This document shows positions 51,426 through 64,000 of a stretch of 64,000 nt of DNA, piece by piece. Every line of letters starts with the position of its first letter. Position 1 is the first letter of the stretch. The position numbers and the translations under genes are program-made. Source of the stretch: Podarcis pityusensis (taxonomy: Eukaryota). The stretch lies in NCBI GenBank assembly GCA_964106645.2, contig OZ067042.1; one strand, written 5' to 3'. Under the pieces are notes generated by a model. That model did no database searches. It saw only the letters and a list, made by a program, of their open reading frames with translations, and had not been told where the DNA came from.

Positions 51426-53379
51426 CTGTTAGAGGGACAATAAGTATTTAGATAAGCATTGCATTAACCAACTTTTTTCAAAGAAATGCAAATCAAACAG
51501 TTTTTCTTTCACAGTGAAGCAAGAAGATAACAATCACATCTACGCACACAAAAAGGTTTTTTTTGGGGGGAGAAACACAAACAATCTGCAAACGACATTT
51601 ACATAATTCAGAGAGTAAACATTGGCTTTGCACATATACCATTCCTTTCTTAAAATCACAAGGGAAAACATTTCTCAGAGATACAGTTACAGATATAAAA
51701 GAATTTTTTTTTTACTGAGCTTAAATTCACTTCCAGGATATAAAACAAACAGCATAAAAAACAAAACACACGAAATAAGCTTTGCATTATATGTTCCTAT
51801 ATAAAACTAACATAGTTATTAGAAAGAGCATTATTTTTAAAATGTCATTTAGTTAATGTAGCAGGAAACTGGAGTGCATACACAAAGCAGTCCTTGATTA
51901 AACAAGTATTTACTGCCACTCAGATAAGAGACCTTGGCTGGGATCCAGAGATCCTCTTCCACATGAGGAAACAAGCTTCTACAAGTGGAGCAGCTAATTT
52001 CATCATGAATGTAGCCTGCAGGGTGAGGAATATCAAGATGCACCCAGAGCGACCGTATATCCCATACAACTGCACCCCAGCCATCTCAAGAGGTCTTGGT
52101 GCACATCTCACAGATCATGCATTGTCTTACATGGACCTCCCAAAAGTGTTAGCACTCCCCAATAGCCAGGCATGTTCCTTGCAAAGTCATGCTGCCCCTG
52201 CACTCGTCTATGAAACTCTTGAAAGTAGGGAAAGCCCTATGGGGAACTTCCACTGGTGGGAACATTTATAGTCCCATGGTCCAGATCCCAGGCATGGGTG
52301 TCTTGTACATACCATCTGCCACCAGGAGTGCGTTGCCTGTTTCCTGCTATCATCCCTATTTTGCAACTAGCATAAAATGCATAGCTGTCTCTGCACTGGT
52401 TGTTTCAAACCATCCCTGCTGTTGCTTGATGCTGAACTAAGTCTCTAATGGATCAAATTTGACTGACATGGTTAGATGGGATGGTTTGCAGAATTTTGTT
52501 TTACACTGGCACAAACAGCCTCAAGCATCCAAAATACCGATGCTTGTGGACATTTCAGAATGCCTAGCTAAAGCTTGGTCCACTACAGAGCTGACAAAAA
52601 TGAATATCTTTAACATTGGAGCTAAGGAAGGATGCAAATTCCATCATTCCATATGAAGTGGATGCCATTTGTTGGCTATTGAACTCATGTCAAAGAGCTT
52701 AGCTAGAGAGAGAGACATAAATAAATATATTTTGATGTGATTATACCTCCCTATATGAACAAGACTTATTTTTAAATTGTCTGTATATCTGCACTTTAAT
52801 CCAATTGTCTCTTTTAATAAAGGTTTCCTTTTAAGTTTAAAGGGTTAGGGGCCAAACACTTTTAGAATCCTCTGTAATGAGAGAACTACAGAATGCAGTA
52901 AAATAGGTTTAACTGCATTTTTTTTTTTTTTGCTCCCTTTACACCATCAAAGAGCTTCTCATAATGGTGCTGTATGAATTGCCTCCAAAATATTACATAA
53001 ATTATGGGTGTTCCCCAGGGAGTAGTACTCATTATTGAACCACACAGCACAGCAAATAACATTCACTGTACTTATTCAGCAACAGAGGAATTATATTATT
53101 TAAACTGGTTCTTCCTACTCATGTGTTTACACATGTCAAGGTAGACAAACACAGCGAGTACTCCTGGCCATTATATGAGCAGCTCAGTTACTCCTGAGTA
53201 ATCTTGCTCTGAGGAAACATGAGACACATTGCTGAATATCAAACAAGCCAGTTTATCTCAGCTACATGTTGCAGAATGATCTCATGGCAACGCTGGGAAA
53301 TTGAGATCCAATAAATACCTGCTTTTAAAAATGTGCCTCTTTGTTAGTGACAAATAAGGAGGGGGGGGGAATTAACATT

Positions 53380-53405
<26 letters not shown>
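53380..53405. repeat. (CA)n microsatellite
   Basis: Read directly. Confidence 0.97.
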
Positions 53406-53413
<8 letters not shown>

Positions 53414-54349
53414 ACACTACATCTCAAAATGTTCTAAATAAAAAGCTTCACTGAACCTTGCACTCTCCCTGAGCTATCAAGAGCTTTGCTCAGGCCTTGA
53501 TTTAATCGGAATCAAATGCATAATGCAACAAAGCTGTTCATAGTACATTAATTTTACTTCTATTTCAAGCAGCCGGTTTTTCAGGCAAACATTGTAATCA
53601 TTTTGGAGTTATATAAGTTTATAATGACTGCTAGAGGTCTGTTGCAATCAGTGTCAATTGCTATTAGGTATGTAAATTGTTATGTAAAACACAGAGGTTT
53701 GACATTCTTCATCAAAATAACATACACATTTAATCTGGGAAGATAGGTTAGAGAAAGTCATATTTCCATTTAAGGCATTCCTCCCTTTATAATAATTTAG
53801 ATACCTTATAGGCTATTAAAAGCACACCTTTCATCGTTTGCAATGTTCATTCTTCCATGCTATAGAATGTTTATGCAAAATTTAATTACAGTTGCATGTT
53901 CTCTATCAATTGTTGCTTTTATAAGCACTGGCTCAAAAAGTGCTCTTTCCAAAGCAATCCTTAGCATTGTGCTATGATGTCTTTAAACAGATCCTGTCTA
54001 TTTTTATACTCTGTGACCTCCTTCACCTACTTTCTGGCCACCTTCAGATGCCTTCCTTTTATATCTGTGGGACTCCCTCCCCCCCGAAGGAACATCTGGG
54101 TACAATAAAAGTATGTCGTATTATTAATTCAAGGGAAGACATTAGCTGCAGTATTTATCAAAAGAAGAGGGAGAGCAGGAACCTTTTTAAACATGCCAGG
54201 TTCTGATCGCAAGCAGTGTATTTTAAAACTATAAATTTCCAGCAGCAGTTGCCCAAAATGAAGAGAAACTGCAAGATAGGGGATGGAAAAATGTATTGGT
54301 GGATATAAACACAATGACAACAACTCTCGTTTCAAAGGTCCCAGTGTGC

Positions 54350-54373
54350 ATGTATGTATGTATGTATGTATGT
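54350..54373. repeat. (TATG)n microsatellite
   Basis: Read directly. Confidence 0.95.
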
Positions 54374-54789
54374 GTTTTCCTTTTTAAGGTTTTTACTGGC
54401 TGACATACAAAGACCCACTCGTTGTGCCTATGGGAGCTTTGGGATACTGTTTCTCAAATAGGATCCTCCCCCCCCCCCCAACACACCTCCCAAATCCACA
54501 CGGCAAACCACTTTGAAAACCGAGAAGATTTTAAAAAGTAGTTTGCTTTATGGCATTGGTGGTGGGGTTTCTGCTCAAAGGGCGGGAGGGGAAATCTCAA
54601 TGCCTATAAAGCTCTGGATCCTGACAATTAGTTTTATATTAAACGTACAGTGCAAAAGAAGAGACAAAGAGAGAGCTAAAGAGGGCCATATCTGTCCACA
54701 AAGTTGTCCCACCTTATCAAGCCGATCAACCCCAGAAGCCAAACTGCTCTAAAATGTCAAACCAAAAATGCAATGAAAATTCTACTTAC

Positions 54790-54994
54790 TCTGCTTAAAA
54801 CCAAGGTAGGGTATTCGTTCAATTGGTGTTTTTCTTTCTTTCATATATTTATAAAGTGCCACAAGGAATGCCTGTTCATCCGCTCTGCATTCTTCACCTA
54901 CAGAAACCTTTGATTTATCCTCGCTTGAGCCCTTTTTACAGTTGCTGTTGTTATTTTTGGTTTTGTGCAAAGGCAATTTAGCCTCACATTTTAC
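54790..54994 (-). CDS. ARID5B: ARID5B coding exon (human exon 6 equivalent), start of ARID domain
   Basis: ttccag|GTA acceptor, CAGA|gtaagt donor; 205 nt; encodes VKCEAK...GEECRADEQAFLVALYKYMKERKTPIERIPYLGFKQ, the ARID5B ARID N-terminal part. Confidence 0.97.
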
Positions 54995-55608
54995 CTGGAA
55001 GAAAAGAGGAGATGCCAGATTAGATCTTGAAAACTGCCTGCTCCAGCTTTCATTCCCATTTAAGAGATGACCCCCTTCTGCTCCATCACGCCCTCTCTTT
55101 CTCAGAAGGCCGACAACAACATTAAAGCTCTTTCTCTGTGTTTTAGGTACAATATTTCCAAACTGTTGCATCTCGATTTCCCTACTTCCTTTGCCTCTCA
55201 TTCTTGCCTCCACTCTGTGTTTGTTTAATTCTTTGGACAAGTCAAGGACTTAAAGAGAACATGAAGCCATGTCTTCTCTCCTTTAAGTTACTGCTCTGTG
55301 GTTTCCTGGCCCAGCTCCATGCCATTTGCTTTTTGAGTCTGCCCTGTTGTATCTAGGCCTCCATTGCAGCCTCCCAGATCCCTAGTGCTGCTCACCTCTC
55401 CCTTATACAGTCATTCATCCACCTGTCCCCAGAGAATTGTTCAAGCGAGCTGTCAAGTCCAGACAAGGTGGGGTCTGTCTCTCTGCCGCATGTATAGTGG
55501 TAGATACTTAGTAACCACTTTTATATTTTGTAGTAAATATTACAAACCCTTGATTTTCACCCAGGGCGGAGTCTGTGCTCTATTGCTAGTTCCCTCCCCT
55601 TAATAATA

Positions 55609-55820
55609 GCATGCAAACTTGAATAAAATATTGGGGGGGAGGGCAGGTAAGCCCAACCCCACATAACTGATCACAAGACTTGGCACACACACTCCATTTG
55701 AATGGCAATGCCTATAAACTGCGTGGGGTGGGGTGGGGTGCTGACCCTCTCAAATGTTTTTTTTTTTTGTTTTTTTAGGGGGGCTGAAGGGATCTTGGCC
55801 CCTATGAGTTGCCTCATATG
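55609..55820. mobile_element. Degenerate non-autonomous DNA transposon (hAT-like)
   Basis: Resembles a recurrent lacertid element (gaataaaatattgg..gcaggtaagccc..ccatttgaatggcaatgcc..ggcccctatgagttg..tatg); left end eroded; recognised from recall only. Confidence 0.5.
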
Positions 55821-58800
55821 TTAGCATGTGTCATGACTCGGCTCAAGATCTTAAGAAAGATGTTTGGGTGGGATACATGTGTTTGCGTGACCAAGACATA
55901 ATGTCACTGAACAGACAGGGCGCGTTTTACAACAGGGAATTTCATAAACGTTAGGAGTTTTTAAGTTCTGGGCACAGGACTGCGCCTAAGATTTCAGATC
56001 AACTTCCAAGAGATCACTGCAGCGTCAGGCAAGCTGATAGGTTCTGCCTCTCAGCTGGCCTTCTGGAAAGGTAGCGTTTCGCTCACGGCGGCCTCAAAAA
56101 TGAACGTAAAATTTTAGCTGCAGCTCATTCATTTTCAGCTTTATATTCTTGTTATAAAAAAAGTGCGCCGAGACATTCCATTGTTGCGCCTATAACCTAG
56201 GTTTAAGGTGCCGTTTAGCTCCTAGCTTTCATACCTCAGTTTCTAACACTGCTCCCAAACAATTCAGCCACTCTATTTGGAATATTTGTGACAATATGTC
56301 CAGTGATGAACACTCTTTGCCCAACCTGATTTAGGTTTACTGGGCTACCAAGCAAAGGAAATAAAATAGAATGCCAATTCTGGCAGGGTTTATTTATTTA
56401 TTTGGGAGACAAGTGACACAATTCTGGGTTTTCTTTTGTATACAAACCTTCCATAAAATCAAACTAACTGAATTTTTTAAAAAATAAATTTATTAGTTAG
56501 CCATGCTGCTTTGCAATGGTTTTGTAATTCAACCACTTGGGGTGATTGCATGTAATAAAACACTATAAAACACTCTTGTTAGAGAAGATAAGAGTTGTAT
56601 GATCCATTTTGGATATACTTTTTAAAATGGTTGCTATGTAAAAGAGACCTTTGATGACTACATAACGTAGCAGGAAAACGTCCCTCATATGCTTAGAACT
56701 GGAGCAGTGTTTCCATAAACAAAGTATTCAGTTTCAATGTCTTGGGGTGAGGCATGAACTGCTCTTGTTAAAATTGGACAGGGAGCAGGGTATATTAATT
56801 AAGGTCAGAGTATAAAGGAAACAGAAAATCTGCATGACTGCATTCATGACGCACACGGCAAAAATAATGTCTTTAGATTTATTTTGAAAGGAAATTTCTA
56901 GTCCTCATGATTGTGGAAAATAACTTTTTTTAAAAAATTGTATGTGCAGATACTACTAAAGGCCTTTGAAACTGAGAGATTCTTTTGGGGGGCATACATC
57001 AGTTCAGGAGGGACCCAATTAGCCTCACTGAAAAATATATTCAAGGATTGGTTTATATAAATGTTGTCAGATAGTTTGTTGTAAATAAATGATTTAATCT
57101 CAGCCCATACGTATCCATGTATATTCACACAAACTGGGAGTCTTTCTCCCCAGCCCAGTATAAGCACTGACCAAAACCTGAGATCTGTGAAGCTCTAGCA
57201 TGAGATTTCAAACTGGTAACTCTAGTGAGCAGCTTATCGATCTGTTTGGAGCTTATTAAAGCTGTGAAGAAGGTCACTGTTATTCCCATTCAAAAAAGGT
57301 GCTGCCCTCATGATCCTTCATTTTAGAGTGAGGATTTGAAAATATGTCTCCCATGTTTAGCACCCCAGCCCAAACCTGTTTACACAAGGTCAGTACAACT
57401 GAAACCAGTGTGATATAATTTGATACACATGTTGGATTGAAGTGCAAAGCTGTAATTAAACACTCTCCCTTTCATGTATTTAAAAATATATCCTTATTAC
57501 TCTTTTTAGATGGTCCAGTATTAGGAATAGCATTTTACATGTGTTAGTTTTGTGGGGAAAGGCATTTTTTTTAAAAAAAATCAGTGGTGTAACCCATGAA
57601 ACACAAAACACCTTCTAATCTCTTATCAAATAACCCACCTCCACACAACACACACTGTCTTTCTGGCATGCAGAGTGGGGTTTACCAATTTCATTACCTG
57701 GAAAGTATTTCTCATTTGAAGTTCATATTCCATCACATATGTTTTTAATTGTAGACCAAAAAAATAAAATACAGTTTTTGCAACTAAGATTTACATACTG
57801 CTCCATCTCCAGAAAACAAAACAAAAGATTTGGATCCCTTGATCAGGAAACTTAAAAGTACAACTCCCTCCATCTATGTCCAGTCTTATTTTTCATACAG
57901 TTCAATAAAAATATCAATATACATGGACAGCTTAAATATACCCAGTAAATCAAGGTGGGAAATAACTAAATGAAAGAAAATTAATGTCAAGGCAACGTGT
58001 TCTGTATGACAAATGAGGTAATAACTGAAACAAAATATATGAAAATATCATGTTCATTCCTTAATAGCAGTGATGTCAATATGTTCAAGGACATCAAATA
58101 GCCAACAGACTCCTCCAGTGCACCCATTTTACGTGAATTACTTGGCAGTCAATTCCATTTACTTCTGCTGGACTTTCTCCTAAGTAAGCATGCATTGACT
58201 CAGGCTGCATATTTTTGGATGTGGCCATTCCTTAACAAAATGACAAATGACTCTTATTGTATTTCCAGGGGCAAGCCTCATTTGCAGAAATTCACCACCG
58301 TGGGAAATACAATAGAAAATTGCCACTGTGACCAATGAATAACGTCAATTTTGGGGAGCCAGGAAAGAGATTGGTTCTGGCTTAAATTCTGCTAGTAAAA
58401 GTTCTGCACATATCCACAGTTTACATCATCAGTGATCAGCATGTCTCCCAGAGTTCTTATTCAGTCTTCTTGGAACCACGTCAATAGGGATTTGCATGCT
58501 TTGGGCTATTTGGGTTGTGTGGTAGCTGGAAGGCACAAAGCGCTGGACCAAGGCACGAACCATGGAAATTAAGACGGCCTCTTCTTGGCCACATTTTCTA
58601 TACAGCACTCGGCTCAGTGTATCTTGCTGATAGCTGCCAGATCTCAATCTCCTCTTTATTATCTTTCACTACATATGGCGTTCGCTGAGTGTGCATGTAA
58701 CCTATATGCAGCCACTTTGAAGTAGAGATCTATATGCCCCACTGTCTTTTGAACTCTTCCACAGATATTTAGAAGGGTGGCTGGCAAGGGTGTTTAGGAA

Positions 58801-59189
58801 ATTTAAGGCTGCAACCGTAAGCACATTTTTACTGGGATGTCCCACTGAAATCAACAGTAATCACTTCCGAGGGAAAATGGTTGGGGACCATAAAATGACC
58901 TTTGCCATGGCATAGCTGGTTGTGAGAGGGCATAGCTCGCTGGCACAGCATCTGCCTTGCATCCATGCAGCCCCTGGCACAATCTCAGGTCACCAGGGTT
59001 AGTAAGGAGACTGGCGGAGGCCAGCCAGAATAACCAGTAACTTGGCTAGGTAAGCATTGACCTGACTTTGTATATAAGACTGAATAAATAACTCTGCGCA
59101 ATAAAACTCTTTACAAGTCTGCCCAAACTTCTCCTGAGACCTTTGCAGCCCTTTTGCAGAATGCATTAACTGTGAGCTGTGCACAAGGT

Positions 59190-59208
59190 CGACTGCCCCC
59201 TTGTGGAC
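59190..59208 (-). promoter_or_regulatory. Candidate CTCF site
   Basis: GTCCACAAGGGGGCAGTC on - strand; motif match only. Confidence 0.5.
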
Positions 59209-59887
59209 CGTGGCTCGATTCTCCTGCATCTCGGGAGAATAATTTCAGAATAAAGACATTTGTAAAAACAGTGGCAACATGCTCTTGAAACTTGAGTCAT
59301 ACGCCTGCCAGAATCATGAAAGGTATAAGTATATTAATGTTTACTTCCATCCTTAAATGTTGAGAGCCACCTGATAAATTGGAACCTGACAAATCACCTT
59401 ATAAAAACAGGTAAAATAAATTCCATACAATTAAATATGTAAATTACCTACAGCCTTCACACTCCCATTTCCCTCATGGCCCTTTGTGGTGAGCAAGTTA
59501 TCTAGTTTCTCCCTTGGAGATAAAAACAGGAACTTTCACTCTTCCACAAATGATTTCTCCCTAACTCAATCTATTCCATATTGTGTTCCTGAAGGCATAA
59601 CCCAAGGATATCATTGGAAGAGGAAAGCTCATCGGTAAGTGCAACAAATTTGTCTTACGAGAGCCTGCGATCCCCAAGCGCCACACTTGAGCTGCAGGAG
59701 AATAAAATACAGCTCTGTAATTCAGTTATAGTACTTAATAGGCTGCGCCAGCTTAAATTTATTCAGACCTATTGAAACCAAACCAAATGCCTTTGTATGC
59801 TAGGTAATAAAGTTCACACAATTATTCGCTCACAGATAAAGGTAAACAAGCTGAATGAAACTGGAGTCCTTATAGCTTCATGGGTTG

Positions 59888-59889
<2 letters not shown>

Positions 59890-59921
<32 letters not shown>
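59890..59921. repeat. (TG)n microsatellite
   Basis: Read directly. Confidence 0.98.
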
Positions 59922-59924
<3 letters not shown>

Positions 59925-60459
59925 GCTCCATGACAGCTTTAAATATGACATTTAGAATCTGAGCAGGGAATATGCAGGATGTGTAGCCAAAATTCAGCAA
60001 GGACCATATGCGATGGCTTTTTAAGTCTTTGCTGTCATTTGCTTCCCATTTCATCTGCTGGGCTCCAGTAATATGCTCAACTGGGGGTCTATTCGGTATT
60101 GTCAGCCAATGCTGTGGACAGGAGCATCTTTTGCAGCAGGGGGAGGAAAGGCACAGGGGATATTCATGTTGGCGTTGGGAGGGGCTCTGCACACTGCTAT
60201 GGAGAGCCCAGTTAAGACCACAGGCTCTCCACATGGAAGAGTGGGGCTCAAACTGCTCCTTCCCTGTGGAATTACAGCACCACCCCTCTCAGTGTTATGC
60301 ATAAGCCATGCATACATAGCCATGCGTCCGAGAATGATAGCATTACTGGTCCAGAACTGAATATATCTTCATGATTCATTCAAGGACGCCGTCAGCCCAA
60401 GTTCAAAAATCTTAAGGAGGCTAATGAATGATGCAATTCATTCATTCTGTCCTAACTCT

Positions 60460-60800
60460 TTGTTACTAGGTGAACTCAAAGAAGGTTACAACATACTGCA
60501 TTTAAAACAACAATTAAATAAGAATAAAACAAATACAAATCTGTAAGAAAACCACAATTAAACCAGTCAATTACAATGTTTCTAACATGTTCCCATAAGC
60601 CTCCTGAAAGAACAACAAAATGTTAGCTAGGCAGTCTTCGTAGAGGAAAGGGAGGTTCTACAATCATGAGACTTCCACCAATACGAACCAGCTCCAAGAC
60701 GTAAACAATTTCACGCTCAGTGGTAGGTGGCACATTGAGAAAGGTCTTCCAGTAAAAGATGCAGAGAGCTATGTGAAAGCAGGTATCTCTTCACGTTAAC
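60460..60800 (-). mobile_element. Highly degenerate L2-like LINE 3' remnant
   Basis: A-rich tail followed by remnants resembling gggag.ttc.acaa / ggcac..gagaa.gg.c / caggt.tc..ttca.gt. Confidence 0.4.
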
Positions 60801-62126
60801 AGAGGGTGAGGCACAGTTCACATACCATAAGAACAATTTTAGTTTTGTGGTTGTTTTTAATGGTCCTCTGGCACACTGCTTCGCGTGCAGAAGATACTCC
60901 ACTTACAGGATGTTGAATTGTTTATGCCCATAGTTCATGAAGGGCAAATTGAATATGGCAGATAAACAGTTTGCAAAATTCAACAAAAGTAGGACATCTG
61001 CATAGCAGGATCTTTGAGCTTTTATGCACTCCACAACAATGGAAACCTGAGAAAGTTCCATAACATTTTATGGAGGTCGCAAAGCTGTCAAACATCAAAA
61101 ATCAGCTTTTTAACCAACACCTCTGTATAATGTGATACCAGTTCATCATATTACAAACAACTTAAGTACTAGCCACACCATAAGACACCAAAGACTGAGC
61201 AATGCAAAAATTAATGACAAAACCCTCATGATTTTACCTTTAGAGCTTTGTTTGTGCCATCCCATTGTGTCAATATCAGTGAAATATCAAGGAGGCAATG
61301 CTAATAAATCAATCGCAAGAAAAGTGACACAAAATACAACTCAAGACATTTGACCTCTTAAAGTCTTAAATTAATGGGTTCAACTCAAGACATTCAATTG
61401 CTTGGTTTGCACATCACAGTACGGTATGCCAAATTATGACTTACTGGAACTGTGTGAATACGTGGGCTCCTGGAGAGAAGTTTGCAAATGCTTTTGCCTT
61501 TCCCCAAACCGTTTTACTCCCAACACAGCACTGAGCTAAGGAAAAGTTTAGTTAGCATGCTGTTTGAATCTGGACTCTTAGTTAAACTCTCTGCTCACTA
61601 ACCACAAGCCATAACCAAGATTTATAGTTTGGCTTACTGTGACGTGTGGAGTAGGCCAATGTGAAAAACACATACAAAACCCAACTAAGCACCGTAAAAG
61701 ATCTCAGACATGAGGTTGGTTCCACAAAAGTCACCTGTATTTCCCAAATAATTCACCACATTTGGAAAGTTTTCTATGGTCAATTAAGTATTTTCTAGGA
61801 CATGGAACTTTTCTTGGCAATGCTTTCTGATCCTTCCAATCAGACTGCCATTTGGCTTGTCCAAACTGCATAATCCAGAGGTGCTAATTCCCCCCCCCCC
61901 CGACAGGGCTCCAGTGCTAAACACTTCTCACCCTGACCCCCCCCAACCCAGGACAGAGAAGAAAGGATTGAAAAACAAGCTCAGGAGGCCTATATGAAAA
62001 CAAAACTGTCTTCATCATACAATTTGGACAGGACAAATAAGAAGTGATTGAAGTAGCCATTGGTGTTTAAACTGCTTTAAATTTGTACAAACATACTTGA
62101 AATGCAGATTGACATGGTAGCTAGTA

Positions 62127-62483
62127 AGGTAAAGGTAAAGGGACCCCTGACCATTAGGTCCAGTCGCGAACAACTCTCGGGTTGCGGCGCTCATCTCGCT
62201 TTACTGGCCGAGGGAGCCAGCGTACAGCTTCCGGGTCATGCGGCCAGCATGACTAAGCCGCTTCTGGCAAACCAGAGCAGCGCATGGAAACGCCGTTTAC
62301 CTTCCTGCCACATCGGTACCTATTTATCTACTTGCACTTTGACATGCTTTCGAATTGCTAGGTTGGCAGGAGCAGGGACCAAGCAACGGGAGCTCACCCC
62401 ATTGTGGGGATTCGAACCGCCAACCTTCTAATCAGCATGCCCTAGGCTATGTGGTTTAGACCACAGCGCCACCTGCGTCCCAA
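62127..62483 (-). mobile_element. Sauria (Squam1) SINE, full length
   Basis: GGGACGCAGGTGGCGCTGTGGTCTAAACC head, B box GGTTCGAATCC, (ACCTTT)n tail; perfect 11-bp TSD GGTAGCTAGTA at 62116-62126 and 62484-62494. Confidence 0.96.
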
Positions 62484-63364
62484 GGTAGCTAGTACATCAC
62501 TGTAAATAGCCCACTGAAAGCCTCAGCAACAAGAGCTTTCAGCACTTCAGAAATTAAAATAAATTTTGAGCACGATAATGTTGTCTTCAAATTGCTATAC
62601 ATTCAGCCAGCCAACCAGTCGTGTAGTATCCATTCACTTCAACAGAGGCTGCAAAAGAGGGCAGCACAACTCTCCGTGATATGGATGGAGAATGCACAAA
62701 ATAATTGCTTGGTGGAGATACAGGCTAGGCTCACCATGCAAGTATATCAGTTGATTTCTCTCCTTCTGACGGCTGTGACTGTGACATGGAAACTGATAGC
62801 TCACATTAGAAAATTCATGCAGAAACTGCCTAATTCTGCCTTCTGATAGGCATTAAATGCTGACGTGGAAACTCTTCTACAAGAAGTGCCAAAATAATGG
62901 CTGGCGCTTTGTATTACAAACATAGCCAAGCGAGTTATCCCAATAGTTATCCCATTTCCAGCAGTGTGCAAGGTCATTATACTGTACGTTGTGCCATTGT
63001 AACTGAAGTGATGGGAGGTGATATCTGCAGGGTTTCTGATGGCTCATTCATGCATACAAGTCACCACTTGATGATTCATCAGGTGATTAACATGTGCATG
63101 CAAACCAACCCATGGTAATCCGAGACCCATAGATGGTTCAAGCATAAGGAGATGTGTTTAAAAGACCTTATCCAGAATATTAACTTGCACTCTGAATTTC
63201 CTTTTCAACTTTTCTAAAGACGAACAGCAACGTTATTCTAGGTAACATTTTTGTGTGTGTTTGCTGTAATCTGTTACTCAACGGAAGTTCCCGTTTCATA
63301 TATGGTTATTTTCAAATTATATTTGAGAGGCAACTGAGAAGGGCTTTGAGCAATTTAATTTTCA

Positions 63365-63555
63365 ATGTAGTATAGATGTTTGAATGTTGGACTAGCATGG
63401 GGGAGACCCAAGTTCCACTCCCACTCAGCCATGAGAGAAAACCACTCACTTAGGGTGACCTTCCATCCTGGCCTCACAGGGCTGGTGATAAAATGGAGAG
63501 CCATGTACGTTGCCCTTCAGCTCTTTGGGGAAAGGCTAGATAGTAATTAATGAAT
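63365..63555 (+). mobile_element. Degenerate tRNA-derived CORE/Squam3-like SINE
   Basis: tgtagt..tgttggactag..ggagaccca.gttc..cccactcagccatga..gggtgacctt..cctcacaggg..gataaaatgga..ccatgtac. Confidence 0.65.
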
Positions 63556-64000
63556 CAAGTGGGGTCCTTTTGTTACATGGAAATCACTTTGGGGTCACTT
63601 GTGAAAGCAGCTTACAAATGTTTCAGATAAATAATACTGAAGGAAACTATGGTGTTCAAGATAGATAGGCTGTGCTGACTCCAGCTATAGAAATGGAGGC
63701 TTCTGCTCCCTGCCTTGCAGGCCTTTTTCCAACTGGCCTGGGGGGCAGGGCCCTGACTGACTCCAGCTACAAAAGCTAAGGCTGTGTTGGGGTATTTTTT
63801 ATGGATTGTTGTTGCCAGGGGGGGTGTTGTTGCTGTTTTCGATACTATTTTTTGTATGTTTACTTTAGATCTTATTATGATTTATGTGGAAATGGTTTAA
63901 TTTGGTTGTGTCCCTTCTGAGGTTTTATTTATTGTTTTTGACTACTTTTGCTACATTTGTAATTATGTATTTTTTTCATGTTGCAAGCTGCCTTGAGCAT

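Noticed and set aside
62102-62431. Near-identical peptides from ORFs 62102-62431 and 36559-36750 (apparent paralogues)
   Set aside because: Both are antisense translations of Sauria SINE copies
1-64000. The many 60-155 aa ORFs in the supplied track
   Set aside because: No recognisable domains; many start at TTG/GTG, lie in repeats, or are antisense or off-frame shadows of ARID5B exons
55000-64000. ARID5B exon 5 or the short-isoform first exon
   Set aside because: No sequence encoding the expected GRPRKKK-type segment was seen; probably outside the window

Overview
Vertebrate genomic DNA, most likely from a lacertid lizard (Sauria/Squam1-type and tRNA-Lys/CR1-tail SINEs). The window holds the 3' part of ARID5B on the minus strand. 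Five GT-AG coding exons (54790-54994, 51373-51425, 42626-42723, 22862-23060, 15414-17555; equivalent to human exons 6-10) splice in frame into 898 aa plus stop, covering the ARID DNA-binding domain and the long C-terminus. A ~5.5 kb 3'UTR ends near an AATAAA at 9887-9892. Upstream exons were not found and presumably lie beyond 64000. The rest is intronic or intergenic DNA with SINEs, CR1/L2 remnants, hAT and Tc1/mariner-pogo MITEs, microsatellites and a 147-N assembly gap. Nearly all other short ORFs are noise. I found no convincing new multi-gene system. The best leads are a MITE filled with tandem hairpins (including a perfect 60-bp palindrome), RxSVI and PxDLS corepressor-docking motifs in ARID5B, a cryptic acceptor just after exon 9, inverted SINEs around the ARID exons, and several candidate cis-regulatory sites. 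Repeat family names and human exon sizes are from recall, not database searches.
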